The position numbers and the translations under genes are program-made. Of a stretch of 64,000 bases of DNA, positions 49,758-61,045 are shown piece by piece. This stretch comes from Cladosporium halotolerans (Eukaryota), in the NCBI RefSeq assembly GCF_011745625.1, contig NW_027191463.1, positions 310,001-374,000 on the forward strand. The letters are read 5' to 3'. How positions within the stretch are numbered: position 1 is the stretch's first letter; each line of letters starts with the position of its first letter. The notes beneath the pieces were generated by a model. It was not told the DNA's origin. It ran no database searches and worked only from the letters and a program-made list of their open reading frames with translations.

Positions 49758-52088
49758 TTACTGCTTCGACAAGAACTCGGCCTGCAACACCTCTCTCGCC
49801 TTATCAGGAACGTCTTCCGGCATAGGCGTGAGGGCGCTGCGCAGGCGGGCGCTCTGGTCCTTGATCGCGGGGTGGTCGGCATCGATCGCTTGAAGAGCGT
49901 GCAGGCACTTGAGGGCCGGGAGGTACTTGTCTACAGTAGGATATACGTTAGCAATTGTGCCCTTCAAGATGTCAACTGGAAAAGGTCGTGACTTACTCCG
50001 CCTGATGTAGACCTCAAACCCAGCCGTCTGGCTCGCAGCGTTCTTGTCTGACAGCTCCAGCAGCGGGGTGAGGTACTTCATCGCCTCGTCGAGCGGCTTC
50101 TCGCCAACCTGCTTCAGAAGGTCCTTGCCTTGAGGATCCTGGTCCTCCTTCTTCTTCTCGCCCTCGTCCTCCTTTGCGGGTGCGGTGGCCTTCTTTGCGG
50201 CCGCGGCCTTCTTCTCTGCCTCCTCCTTCTCCGCCTGCTTCCGTGCTTTGGCAGCCGCCTTCTTGTCCGCGGCAGCGTCACCGCTGCCGTTGACCTGGCC
50301 ACCGGTCGCGAGCTCGGGCTTGTCGTGAAGCATGGTCAGAATCTTGACAGCTGACTGTGCTGCGCGGCTGTAGAAGGGGTGCTGACGAAGGGTGTCTTCC
50401 CATCGGATCATGTCGACGTATGCGCGAATCATACCCTTGCGGAAGCTGAAGGAGTGGAAGTCGAATTGGTCCTCGGTCCAGGTATCGAAGATGTTATAGA
50501 CTTGCTGGAACCTCTTGAATGCGAGTGCCAGCTTGTTCTGGCGCAAGTAGCTCTCACCGTCCTCGATCAGGTACCATACGCACTGCATGTCGAGCAGATC
50601 TCCGAGAGGTCCGCCAACAGCCTCCTTCCTGGTGAACATGCCCATGGTCGCAATCGCAGTCTCGTTCTCGTCGTTGCGTAGCTGGTACTTGGCGCATTTT
50701 GTGTTGATGTAGCGATCCTTGGGGTCCATCTCACGGGCTTCGTTCATGGCCTTCGAGGCTCCGGGGATGTCGCCCTTGTGCTTGATTATCCGAGCACGGG
50801 TCATGTGGAAAGTGTAGTCGTTCTTCAGAGGGTTGAGTGCGATCGCCTTTTCGACAAATTGTGATGCCTTTTCAAGGTCGCGTGACAGGTGGTAGTCGTA
50901 ATGCTGAGCGAGGAAATAGTTGACACTCAAGTTCCAGTTCAAAGCAATATCCTCGGATGAAGGCGCCTTGCCCTCAGATCCATTGACGCTGCCATTTGGC
51001 TCGGCACTGCCGTTGGCCTCCGGCGTCTCCTTTGTGTAGCTCTCGACCAGGTCGATAATCGTTTGCTTCTTCGAAGGGTTGGCGTACAGCTGCTTGACGT
51101 TCGCAAATGTGCTGGGAACACCCTTCCTGAACATTCTTCGCAAGTATTTGTCGGCATGCTCTCTGAAGACATCGCCCTCCAAAAAGTCCAAGGGTATCCG
51201 TCGTGCGGCGTCTCTGCGCTCGCTCTTGTTTGCCTCCTCCTGGTACAGCTGCACGAGCTTCTCCTGGTCTTCCTTCTTTGACTTGTGCAGACCCAGCGAT
51301 TTCTCCAAGCCGGTGAAATAATCCCTCCTCTCCGCGTTCCTGTTCAACAGTGCCCTGTAAGCCTTCTCAGCCTCCTCCTTCTTGTCCAGCTTCAGCAAGT
51401 AATCCGCGCGCATCTCCATGACCGCCGTCCGGTCAACAGCCTTCTTGAAGATAGCATCAACCTCATCCAACGCACGCTGAACATCTCCGCTCTCCGCGAT
51501 AATCGAAATCTTGTACAGCACAGCCTCGTGGTGCTCCAGATCGCCCTTGTGGGGCGGCTGCTTGAGGGTCTCCTCAAACTTCTTCAGCACATCCTCCGCT
51601 CCAGCAAGATCACCGCTCAGGTGAAGAGCCACCGCCAATGCCGTCCAGTTCGACCTAATGCCCGGCTTCGACTGTACAGCCTGCCGTCTGCTCTGGACCA
51701 AGCCAGCATAGTCGCGCATCTGCATCTGCAGGAGCGCCAGGTCGCGCGCGATCTGCGGGCTTTCGGGTTCCAGGCGCAGCGCAAAGCGGTATGCTTTGAT
51801 GGCCCCCTCGTAGTTGCGCACGCCGCGGTACAGCAGGCCGTAGACGTGCCAGCAGACGTGTGACTTCATGGCGTTGCGCAGCGCGAGCTTACACAGCTCG
51901 AATGCCTCGGCCTCTTTGCCCTGGCAGCTGAGGACGAGTGCCTTCATCGCCTGGGTGTCGCCATGGTTGGGGTGCTTGCGCAGGATCTGGTCGGCGCACT
52001 TGATGCCCTTTTTGTATTGCTTCGATTCGTAGTTTTGGACCAAATGGCGGAAGAGCGTCTGCTCTTTTGACGGGAGCGGCTGCGCCAT
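49758..52088 (-). CDS. NAT1: NatA N-terminal acetyltransferase auxiliary subunit (NAA15); intron 49931-49996
   Basis: MAQPLPSKEQTLF..YESKQYKKG, HGDTQAMK, SHVCWHVYGL TPRs, DRYINTK and DQFDFHSF motifs. Confidence 0.96.
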   Translation of the reverse strand: MAQPLPSKEQTLFRHLVQNYESKQYKKGIKCADQILRKHPNHGDTQAMKALVLSCQGKEAEAFELCKLALRNAMKSHVCWHVYGLLYRGVRNYEGAIKAYRFALRLEPESPQIARDLALLQMQMRDYAGLVQSRRQAVQSKPGIRSNWTALAVALHLSGDLAGAEDVLKKFEETLKQPPHKGDLEHHEAVLYKISIIAESGDVQRALDEVDAIFKKAVDRTAVMEMRADYLLKLDKKEEAEKAYRALLNRNAERRDYFTGLEKSLGLHKSKKEDQEKLVQLYQEEANKSERRDAARRIPLDFLEGDVFREHADKYLRRMFRKGVPSTFANVKQLYANPSKKQTIIDLVESYTKETPEANGSAEPNGSVNGSEGKAPSSEDIALNWNLSVNYFLAQHYDYHLSRDLEKASQFVEKAIALNPLKNDYTFHMTRARIIKHKGDIPGASKAMNEAREMDPKDRYINTKCAKYQLRNDENETAIATMGMFTRKEAVGGPLGDLLDMQCVWYLIEDGESYLRQNKLALAFKRFQQVYNIFDTWTEDQFDFHSFSFRKGMIRAYVDMIRWEDTLRQHPFYSRAAQSAVKILTMLHDKPELATGGQVNGSGDAAADKKAAAKARKQAEKEEAEKKAAAAKKATAPAKEDEGEKKKEDQDPQGKDLLKQVGEKPLDEAMKYLTPLLELSDKNAASQTAGFEVYIRRSKSRPFPVDILKGTIANVYPTVDKYLPALKCLHALQAIDADHPAIKDQSARLRSALTPMPEDVPDKAREVLQAEFLSKQ

Positions 52089-52533
52089 TGTGGTGTGGTA
52101 TGATGCAGGGCGAGGGAGGGTGGTGGTGGTGCGTAGCGCTGACTGTACGTGAAGATGCCAGGCCAACAGCTGTTGGAGGTGGGAAGTGCGGACTTCGTGT
52201 GGTGGGCTGGTGTGTCGTCACCTAGCGGAAGTGACGGTCGAGTGCCTTCGACACACGAGCGGGATGAAGCACTAGAAGGGGGACAATGTATATATTGTAG
52301 AAGCACAGAAATTGCGTGCAAGCGCAGGGAATTATCACAGAATAGGGAGATATTTCCACATGAAAAGTAGGTGGTCGACAGTTGCTCTTCACGGTACCTT
52401 ATACGGACGGGCCACGCCGCCTCAGAAAAGCCTCCCCAGACCCTGAGGCTGCATCGCCAACAACCATTGGTGGCGATCAGGTGTCACGATTGTTTCTGCC
52501 TACGAGTACCTAATATACCATTCTTCTGTTTTC

Positions 52534-54123
52534 ATGTACTCACCCATACAAAGAACGACTGGATTACTCCACATTCGACGATATCTTTCGCGAGCGGGGA
52601 AGTTCAACAGGCACATCTGCAGCCTTCATTATTACGCTTCTGCCGGTTCTGCACGCAGCCAGCCCGTGATTCGACAATTTTGCCCAGATCAGCATCAGAT
52701 CGGGTTTGCATCCCGCTATTATTCAAGCAACACGCCACAAATGCCTTCTATGATCCCCTTAGGAAGGCATGCAGAGTTGTCACAGGCTCGCTATGCACTC
52801 AAACTCTCGACTGGAAAACGACTGGTCCTTTTCCGGTTACCAACACTCCCATCTTCTAGCACATCTTCCACAGAAAACAGTATTGGCGGCTGGACCTACT
52901 ATGCCATGGAACAGGAATGCCCGCATGCCGGCGGCCCAATGAGCGATGCTCAAGTCGATATTGAAGACTCCTCATACGTCGCTTCATGTCCATGGCATGC
53001 GTACGACTTCGATCTCGACACCGGCAGCTCAAGCTACGGCGTCAAAGCCTGCGTCTTCCCTGTCAGAGTCTCGGGTGACTTCCTCGAGCTCGAATTTGAC
53101 CGCGAGGAAGGCGTCGGATTGTCAAGCATCGAGCCGATCAGCGAGAAGATCAAGTACAAGCATGGCGCAAAGCCGACTGCAAATGTCCCAGACGCCAACG
53201 GTGTTGCGGAACCAACATCAAAAGCGTACTCACTTGGCGAAGATGCTACCGTCTGCGACTGGTGTGTTCACATTCTCAACACCTCCGATCCAGAGCTGAA
53301 GATCGAATTGACGACGCAACTATTTTCATTGTTCGCGACCCGTGAACAGACCGACAACCCAATGGCCATCGGTGCAGGCACCGTACAACCTCCTGACGAA
53401 CCTCCTCGTCAGGACCTCGAATCAGTCAAACCTTGGCAAATTCCAAATCCGGGACGTGGTGGAACAGTCAAGTCAAGAATCAACATGCTACATGCTCTGG
53501 CCAACATTGAACAATGGGCGATCGATCTAGCCATTGACATTTGCGTCCGCTTTTCGACATTCCAAACCATCCCCTCCGAAGGCAATGAAGCAACCGCTCT
53601 CCCTCGTACTTTCTACTACGATTGGCTCAAGGTCGCAAACGACGAAGCGAAGCACTTCTCCCTCCTGAGATCCCGACTGGAGGAGCTCGGCAGTTACTTT
53701 GGCGCGCTTTCTGTCCACCATGGCCTATGGGAATCTGCAGAGATGACGAAAGACGACCTTAGAGCGCGTATCAGCGTGATTGCTCTTGTACACGAAGCGC
53801 GCGGGCTAGACGTGAACCCCATGAAGATCGACAAGTTCCGCAAAGCCAAAGATCAGGAAAGCGTAGATACGCTGACCATCATTCACAACGACGAGATTAC
53901 ACACGTAACGACGGGACATCGATGGCTGAGCTGGATCTGTCAGCACGAAGGTACAGATCCTGTGCAGGTCTTCCGGTCAAATGTTACGAGGCACTTCCGC
54001 GGTGCTGTGAAGGGCCCTTTCAACGCAGAGGCGAGGCAAGAAGCTGGTATGGACGGGAGGTATTATGAGAACCTTGTGGGTGAACTGCCATCACGAGGAG
54101 GTCATATCATTGCTGGCGGGTAG
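52534..54123 (+). CDS. Rieske [2Fe-2S] domain + DUF455-like ferritin-fold di-iron protein; alternative start ATG 52741
   Basis: CPH...CPWH Rieske ligands. HALANIE, DEAKH, HEARGLD and DEITH di-iron motifs. C-terminal PFNAEARQEAG. Confidence 0.88.
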   Translation: MYSPIQRTTGLLHIRRYLSRAGKFNRHICSLHYYASAGSARSQPVIRQFCPDQHQIGFASRYYSSNTPQMPSMIPLGRHAELSQARYALKLSTGKRLVLFRLPTLPSSSTSSTENSIGGWTYYAMEQECPHAGGPMSDAQVDIEDSSYVASCPWHAYDFDLDTGSSSYGVKACVFPVRVSGDFLELEFDREEGVGLSSIEPISEKIKYKHGAKPTANVPDANGVAEPTSKAYSLGEDATVCDWCVHILNTSDPELKIELTTQLFSLFATREQTDNPMAIGAGTVQPPDEPPRQDLESVKPWQIPNPGRGGTVKSRINMLHALANIEQWAIDLAIDICVRFSTFQTIPSEGNEATALPRTFYYDWLKVANDEAKHFSLLRSRLEELGSYFGALSVHHGLWESAEMTKDDLRARISVIALVHEARGLDVNPMKIDKFRKAKDQESVDTLTIIHNDEITHVTTGHRWLSWICQHEGTDPVQVFRSNVTRHFRGAVKGPFNAEARQEAGMDGRYYENLVGELPSRGGHIIAGG

Positions 54124-54430
54124 GATAACGAAGAGAAAATGGATGTGATGGCAAATAGCTATGAGTGAGCGGAAAGAGTACTATAAGTGAATTGAACGAA
54201 AGCGCGGTCAAACTTTAAGTCACGTGAAGACGTCACCGGCACGGTCGTTCCTTCCTTGACAGACAAGAAACGCGCACCTTCCCTGTCAACAATCTGTCAA
54301 CTAAAACTGCTCGAAGAAATTATGACCGCTCCTTCAACAATTGCCTACTCCACCACCTGACACTCATATCCATCAACGAGCTTGAATCTCTGCCAACTCA
54401 AACAACTCAACAAGCGAAACTCCTCTTACC

Positions 54431-55315
54431 ATGGCGGTACCCGACTCTCACCACATGGGAGATTGCACTCACCCGGCACCTCACCCAGCGATGGATGCCT
54501 CGAACGGCAGCGTCGCATCAGATGCGAAGAACACCTCCGGTCAAGCTCCCACTTCACAGCCGGACTCCCCTTTGTTCCGCAGATTCCCAGCTGAGCTGCG
54601 CAACCGCATCTACCACTTCGTTCTCGTCTCAGACGACGACGTCGAAATCACCACAGTTCACCGCCCAAACGAAGCCGGAGAGTACCGCAAGCATCTCACC
54701 GTCGTGCCTCCGCTGCTCCAGACCTGCAAGCAAATCCGCCACGAAGCGGCCGACTTCTTTTTCGTCGACAACACCTTCGCGCTCACCCAAGAGGCGATGA
54801 AATTCAATGCGATCAAAACTCTGGACCGCATCCTGACACCCTGGACCCGCAAGATCGAGAGATTCTCCGTGTGCTTTTCCTTCACCTTCCCGTTCAACGG
54901 CAGCTACCCGCGCTATACAGGCGGGCACTTCGTTATCGAGAGCAAGGCAGGCGGAATCCGCATCGTCGCGGTCTATGTCGAACCTTCCGAGATAGGGAGG
55001 GCGCAAAAGCCCTGCTTGTGCAACGCCCTACTGTTGGCGAGCAAGCACCCCTATGTCAATGTCTGGAATTGGGTTCGGTTCTACGTCGCTAAGCACGCAA
55101 AGGACTTTGCCTCACTGCCGCCGTACGTACCGAACTGCTGGACCTGCGGAGGCCGTAATGTGGCGCTTATCTTGGGTGCATCCTTGAAATCGCCATCACC
55201 GCTGCACCAAATGGTAGATCGTCAGCCGGCTCTCCCCCGTAATGACGACGAGGTCGAGTACTTGCGCGACCTGCTTGAAGAGAAACTGCTCTCGGAGGGA
55301 GGAGGATCCCCATAA
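54431..55315 (+). CDS. Hypothetical protein with F-box-like N-terminal motif
   Basis: SPLFRRFPAELRNRIYHFVL...PPLLQTCKQIRHEA..FF..NTF, a pattern common in expanded Dothideomycete hypothetical families. Confidence 0.75.
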   Translation: MAVPDSHHMGDCTHPAPHPAMDASNGSVASDAKNTSGQAPTSQPDSPLFRRFPAELRNRIYHFVLVSDDDVEITTVHRPNEAGEYRKHLTVVPPLLQTCKQIRHEAADFFFVDNTFALTQEAMKFNAIKTLDRILTPWTRKIERFSVCFSFTFPFNGSYPRYTGGHFVIESKAGGIRIVAVYVEPSEIGRAQKPCLCNALLLASKHPYVNVWNWVRFYVAKHAKDFASLPPYVPNCWTCGGRNVALILGASLKSPSPLHQMVDRQPALPRNDDEVEYLRDLLEEKLLSEGGGSP

Positions 55316-55818
55316 TGGACGGCTGTCAATCCGGAATGAACCGCACAACGACACTCCAGATCACCAACAACGGCAAAGAACAGCGCATTCAACTGGCTGG
55401 TCTTGGCCGGAACACCACAACGTGAGTACTTTTTTTTTCCCCCGTTCAAGGAGATTCCGATGCAGAAGTGGCCTTGGTTGTTCTTTTTCTCTTGTATGGT
55501 TCAAAGCCCCAGCAACAAGGACAGGGTATAGCGTACCGAAGACCACCGAAACTCACAAAAACAACTAGCACAACCCCTCTTCACTTCACCAATGTCCCCT
55601 TTTCACTCACCGGAACCCCCTCTCCACATCACCGACACCCACTCCACAACGGCACAGCATAGTCAAGTCGCACCAGGAAACAGCGACCATCACAAACCAG
55701 CACCCACGACCCCTCTCCACTCCACTCCACAACAGAATTAGCATAGCATACCATAGCAAACCAAAACCAACATCAACCCCCATCCCACTCCTCCATTTCC
55801 AAAACAATCCCACCTTCC

Positions 55819-58112
55819 CTAACTCCCCCCATGATCCAAAAACGGCACATACTGCTCATCGTCCAACCAAAACGGAATATCGAACCCCGCAAACAACTCC
55901 ACATTGTTCAGATCAAACAGACTGTCCGACGGCCACGCCGCGCCGCTAGCCCCGACTCCGGCCGCCGGTTGCTGCGTCCCTCCCGCTTGTCCGAAGAACG
56001 ACCCCGGCGGGAAATCTGGATTATAACCCCCGTGGGCCGCCGCGGGGAACGCCTGGTTGGCGGCGAAGGATGTGTCGTCTGCGGGCGCGGGGAAGGCGCT
56101 CGGAGTGGCAGTGGGGATGTAGGCTTCGGTTGCCGCGGTGGAGGCGGAGTAGGGGTTCTGGGGCTGAGGCGGCGGCGGCGGCGGCGGGGCGCCGAAGGGC
56201 GTGGAGCGCGAGGCGTCGTAGGCGCCGTGGACTTCGGCGGCGCCGGCGAGGGTGGAGAGGGCGTCGGCTGGAGAGGGGGAGGGGTTGGTGTGGCCGTTTG
56301 TTGGGAAGCGGGCGGAGGGGCCTGGGGGATTTGTTCTGTGGTCGGGTTCGTCGGGGGAGAGAGCGGGTTTGCTGGCGCTGCGGGAGGGTTTGTTGAGGTG
56401 GCGGCTGAGGTCGCGGATGGAGGCTGCGCAGGCGTTGGGCCAGACGCCGCCGCGCGCGGTGATGTGTTTGAGGACGTCGACGGATTGGTCGGCGAGTCTG
56501 GGGGTTGGTTAGCGGGGTAGTTTTGATGGGTGGGTGGGATGGTGTGGGATGTACCTGCTGGCGTTCTGCTTGGGTAGCTCGCCTTCCATGGCCGCGTAGG
56601 TGGCGATGAACGCGCTTTGCCACGCCGCCCAGGTGAAGGACGGCCATAGCAGTGGGGTGAAAGTTGCCTGCTTGTCGCTCTGAATGACTTGCGTCAGATA
56701 CTTGTGCAGTATGCCGATGATGGCTCTCGAAGCGCCAATGCAGCTCTGCAGTGCAGCTTTGTAGTCCTGGGTATCTTTACCCATGGCAAGCAGCGGTCTG
56801 TTCAGGATGATAGTGCATTCGTGCTGAAGCACTGACAGAGTCGTGCCGTGATATTTGTTCAGTATCGGTTTCGAGTCATGCGTAGTGTCCAGTATGGTTT
56901 CGAGGTCATTTCGCCATTTGTTCATTCTCGCTATGATAGCGGTAGATGCATCCGGGTCAGCCTGTCGATGATTGATAGATTTGTGGCACAATTCGACAAT
57001 GAGGCCTTTGATCTCGGCATGGCGCACGAGGAATTGCAGCAAGATTAAGCGGTCGTCCGGAGCTAATCAGTCAGTCAGTACCACAATCGCCATGGGAAGA
57101 AGTATGAATACCTACCGATTACTATCCCAGTTTTCGACGTATGCCTCTCAAAATCCAGATAACACACATCAATATCGTCGTCACGCACCCCCAGTGGAAG
57201 CCCAAGCGACTGGCAGATATGTCGATCGAGGCAGTACACCGTCCAGAATATGCGCTTCCGCAGCTGGATGTCTTCCAGAGTAAAGCTCGCGTACCGGACC
57301 GGACATCTATGCAGCCCGATTTGGAACGTCATCCGCACGATCAAGCCGCCCAGCCTCGAAGCTGCATTGTGCCGGAGCATGGAGACGAGGAAGACCTGCA
57401 CGCTGAGCACGGCTTGGATGCCCTTGATCGACGTTGGTGTGGAAAGAGTCCGCTCAACGCTGTCGATCGCTGACGTGAAAGACTTGTAGACCAGTACGTG
57501 AGGGACGGGTTTCAGCCCTGATCCTTGAGCTGCTTGACGGCGATCGGCAAGGGAGATGGAGAGAACGGCGCGCACCATGGCCAGATCAAGAGAGTGGATG
57601 ACATCTGGCACGCGCCCAAGTGGGATCATAGAGATCTTCTTGAAGAGCGCTAGGATACTGGGCGCGTGCAGGAAGGGATACGCCGGATGCCAGTTGTCGA
57701 AGTAGCTTTGGGACCATTGGATGAGGTTGTGGAAGACGACTTGCGAAGTGTCGCTTTCTGTATAGGACACTTCGTGCGGCTGCCAGAGAGGTTTCGTGCT
57801 GGGGCTGCTGCTTACATCCTGCAGTTGGTCTTCCTCTCCGGGCACCAGGTTGCGATCAGGTGATTGCTCTGGCGAAGCAGCCCGTGATTTTTCCGCTTCC
57901 ACCGCGCTGTACACCGACCGGATGAAGTGGATGCCACTGGAACTGCCCACGAAACTCGCTGCGTCGCTCTGAGGCCGCCATCTCATCAGCCCGATTTCCC
58001 GATGCCGTCCTTGAGCAGTCGACGGCAGGCTGAGCCGAACCCGCTTCTGCGGTGGCTCGCCGTCGCTGGGGTAATTCGTCTCGCCCGTCTGCGCTTCTGA
58101 GCTGGATGCCAT
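55819..58112 (-). CDS. Fungal-specific transcription factor (Fungal_trans middle homology region); introns 57063-57115 and 56498-56554
   Basis: FVGSSSG, YFDNWHPAYPFLH, IGLHR, RKRIFWTVYCLDR and LGLPLG motifs; acidic tail FAGFDIPFWLDDEQY. No Zn2Cys6 cluster seen. Confidence 0.88.
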
Positions 58113-58672
58113 GGTTGCAGCCGCGCGATATTCTGCAGCAAAAATTGGCGGAGTGGGGAGGCAAAGATGGCTTCTCCGATACACCAAGAGGTCTCGGATG
58201 CGACAGACGCGCTAAGATCCGCACCAGAAGCGCATGGGCAGGTGAGCACCACAACCTCCTCCCGAAAGCGCCCGGTGTTCTCTGTCGTTGTGCACGCTGA
58301 TTTCGGCCATACACGGTTGCAAGGCCGCTGTCGCTTTGGAAAACTTCGCTCGCCAGAGAGTATCACGGGCTCACAGCGCGTCTCTAGAGTTGAGGTCGAG
58401 GTAGCTTCCGAAAACGGGAAGAGTGCAAGGAGGAAAGGTGAGTCCGGGCTTGCGGACTCTCATTTGCCCGGGCTCGTCGTCACTACTCCAAGCATTTGAA
58501 GGTGGAATATATATCGCCAGAAGCACGCTCATCAGACATAGATAATATCACCCAGTCCTGCGTACAGTCTGCAAGGCTCATCACTCGACCAGGACAAAAT
58601 ATTGGGCACACATATTCACACATCACATCACCCCGCCACATCCAACATCACACATCACAAAAACCACCCACC

Positions 58673-59776
58673 ATGTCCCCCCACTCCCTCCAGCACCCCA
58701 AACCCTACAGCATCGCCTGTATCCCAGCCGACGGCATCGGGCCCGAAGTCATCGCGGCCGGCGTGCAGGTCCTCAAAACCCTCTCCGCCGCCAGCGGCTC
58801 CTTCCAACTCTCCTTCACAGACTACGACTGGAGCTCCGAGACCTACAAGAAAACCGGCCAGTACATCCCCGCCGGCGGGCTCGACAGCCTCAAGGCGCAC
58901 GACGCGATCCTGTTCGGCGCCGTCGGCGCCCCGGACGTCCCCGACCACCTGTCGCTCTGGGGCCTGCGCCTCGCCATCTGCCAGCCCTTCCAGCAGTACG
59001 CTAATGTCCGGCCGACGCGGATTCTGAGGGGCACGGAGTCGCCGCTGCGGAAAGCGGCGCCGGGCGATCTGGACTGGGTGATTGTGCGCGAGAACTCGGA
59101 GGGCGAGTACGCGGGGCAGGGCGGGCGGTCGCACAGGGGCAGGGCGTGGGAGACGGCGACGGAGGTGTCGATTTTCACGCGCGCGGCGGTCGAGAGGGTC
59201 ATGCGGTTTGCGTTTGAGACGGCGCGGGGGAGGCCGAGGAAGACGCTGACGTATGTCACGAAGAGCAATGCGCAGCGGAACGGGATGGTGATGTGGGATG
59301 AGATTGCGCTGGAAGTGGCGAGGGAGTTCCCCGATGTGAAGGTCGATAAGATGCTGGTTGATGCCATGACGTGCCGCATGGTGCTGCAGCCGCAGAGCCT
59401 GGACACGATCGTCGCGACGAACCTGCACGCGGATATTCTGTCGGATCTGGCGGCGGCGCTGGCGGGCAGCATTGGAATTGCGCCGACGTCGAATCTGGAT
59501 CCGACGAGGGAGCACCCGAGCATGTTCGAGCCGATTCATGGGTCGGCGTTCGACATTACGGGCAAGGGGGTTGCGAATCCCGTGGGGACTTTCTGGACGG
59601 CGGCGGAGATGCTGAGGTGGCTTGGGGAGGAGGAGGCGGCGGACAAGCTTATGGAGTGCATTGAGAAGGTGTGTGAAAAAAAGATTGTAACTCGTGATCT
59701 GGGTGGTGAGGCTACGACGAAACAGGTGACGAGCGCGGTTTGTGAGGAGATCAAGCAGGCGTATGCCGGGAAGTAG
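58673..59776 (+). CDS. Tartrate dehydrogenase/decarboxylase (isocitrate/isopropylmalate dehydrogenase family)
   Basis: IPADGIGPEV, PDHLSLWGL, QYANVRP, RENSEGEY, TKSNAQ, DILSDL, FEPIHGSAFDI and ANP motifs; intronless. Confidence 0.92.
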   Translation: MSPHSLQHPKPYSIACIPADGIGPEVIAAGVQVLKTLSAASGSFQLSFTDYDWSSETYKKTGQYIPAGGLDSLKAHDAILFGAVGAPDVPDHLSLWGLRLAICQPFQQYANVRPTRILRGTESPLRKAAPGDLDWVIVRENSEGEYAGQGGRSHRGRAWETATEVSIFTRAAVERVMRFAFETARGRPRKTLTYVTKSNAQRNGMVMWDEIALEVAREFPDVKVDKMLVDAMTCRMVLQPQSLDTIVATNLHADILSDLAAALAGSIGIAPTSNLDPTREHPSMFEPIHGSAFDITGKGVANPVGTFWTAAEMLRWLGEEEAADKLMECIEKVCEKKIVTRDLGGEATTKQVTSAVCEEIKQAYAGK

Positions 59777-61045
59777 ATGTGAGCGAAGGATAGCGAGTTT
59801 GTTTACTATGCATAGTTGAGCAGGTACGATCTGTATGAACGTCACGATACTGAATGAAAAGTTCAATCCGGGTTCATCGCCGTTGTCAGCGATCCAGCTC
59901 TCGAAGTAAGGCCGGGGTTTGCTGGTCAGGCTGGCTCTCAGGCCACAAGGTCTCTGCCTGCTTGGGGATGAGACATATTGCACCCGAACGCCGGGGTTTG
60001 TGCGCTATTAATAATGTCCGCGCCTGTGCGCGGTGGCTGGAGTTGGAGATAGTACCCCATGGATTACCACATCGAGGATCTTCCTGTCCAGTGCTTCAGG
60101 AGCGCTCTAGCAGCTATATGATCAGAGCGATATAGCCGCGATGTGCGCGGAAAGGGCGTGCTCGCTGCGAGCGTGTCTCGACCGCCATGCGAGAGTCAGC
60201 AGGGCGACGTGAAGATCGAGCGATGATCCGGACACCGAGCGTGGCGTCCCAAGCGATGGCCGCCTATGCCTGTTCCTGGCAAGCCGCGGCGGGTTGGCGA
60301 AAGTGCGCGTGAGACACGCGGTCGACGCACGACACGAGCGATGGATGCGGCTGCTCGAGCACTGCTGTGGCCACAGACGAGCGTGCAGAGCGTGCAGAGC
60401 AGGCAGCCCCATCACGACACCGGTGCTGAATCGCTGATGGCGCGATGGAATAACGCGATAGCCGCAGGCGACGGGGCGGTCCTTGGTCGTGTCAGCGCAG
60501 GCCGAGGGCGCAGCGGCGGGCCCAGCAGGCGAAGGATGCAGGGCACGGGTAGCCCGGCCGACGGCCACGGTGGACGCCCACACGCCCTCGCCGCAAGGGC
60601 CGCGCACGCAAGAGCCAGGCCGGCGCGGTGATGGTGTGGGTGATTGGCTGTGTGCGCGAGCCTGATTCTCACACCCTCACACACCCCCTGTTCTCGCCTG
60701 GTCTGACATCCGGCCGCTAGACCCCATGGAGCTCGTCCCCTGCTCTTTGGCTGCATTTCCGGGGCCGCTGCACGCCGCGAAGGGCGATGCTTTCGCTCGC
60801 CACCACGCCCAAGCCTCAACAAGGCAGGAGGACGCGTTGCTTGCAGCTTGCGGCTCTGGACGTTGCTATTAATTGCCCGCCTATATGAGGCCTTTGTTGT
60901 TCGCGTGGTAGGCCTGCTGTATCTCTCTTCTCCCTCCCACTTTCTCCACCCTACACGCTCACGCTTCCTCACTGTCGTTGCCGATAAACATCTTGCGAGA
61001 AGACACTCACATCATCTCTACCCGACAAACCACAACACAGTCACC

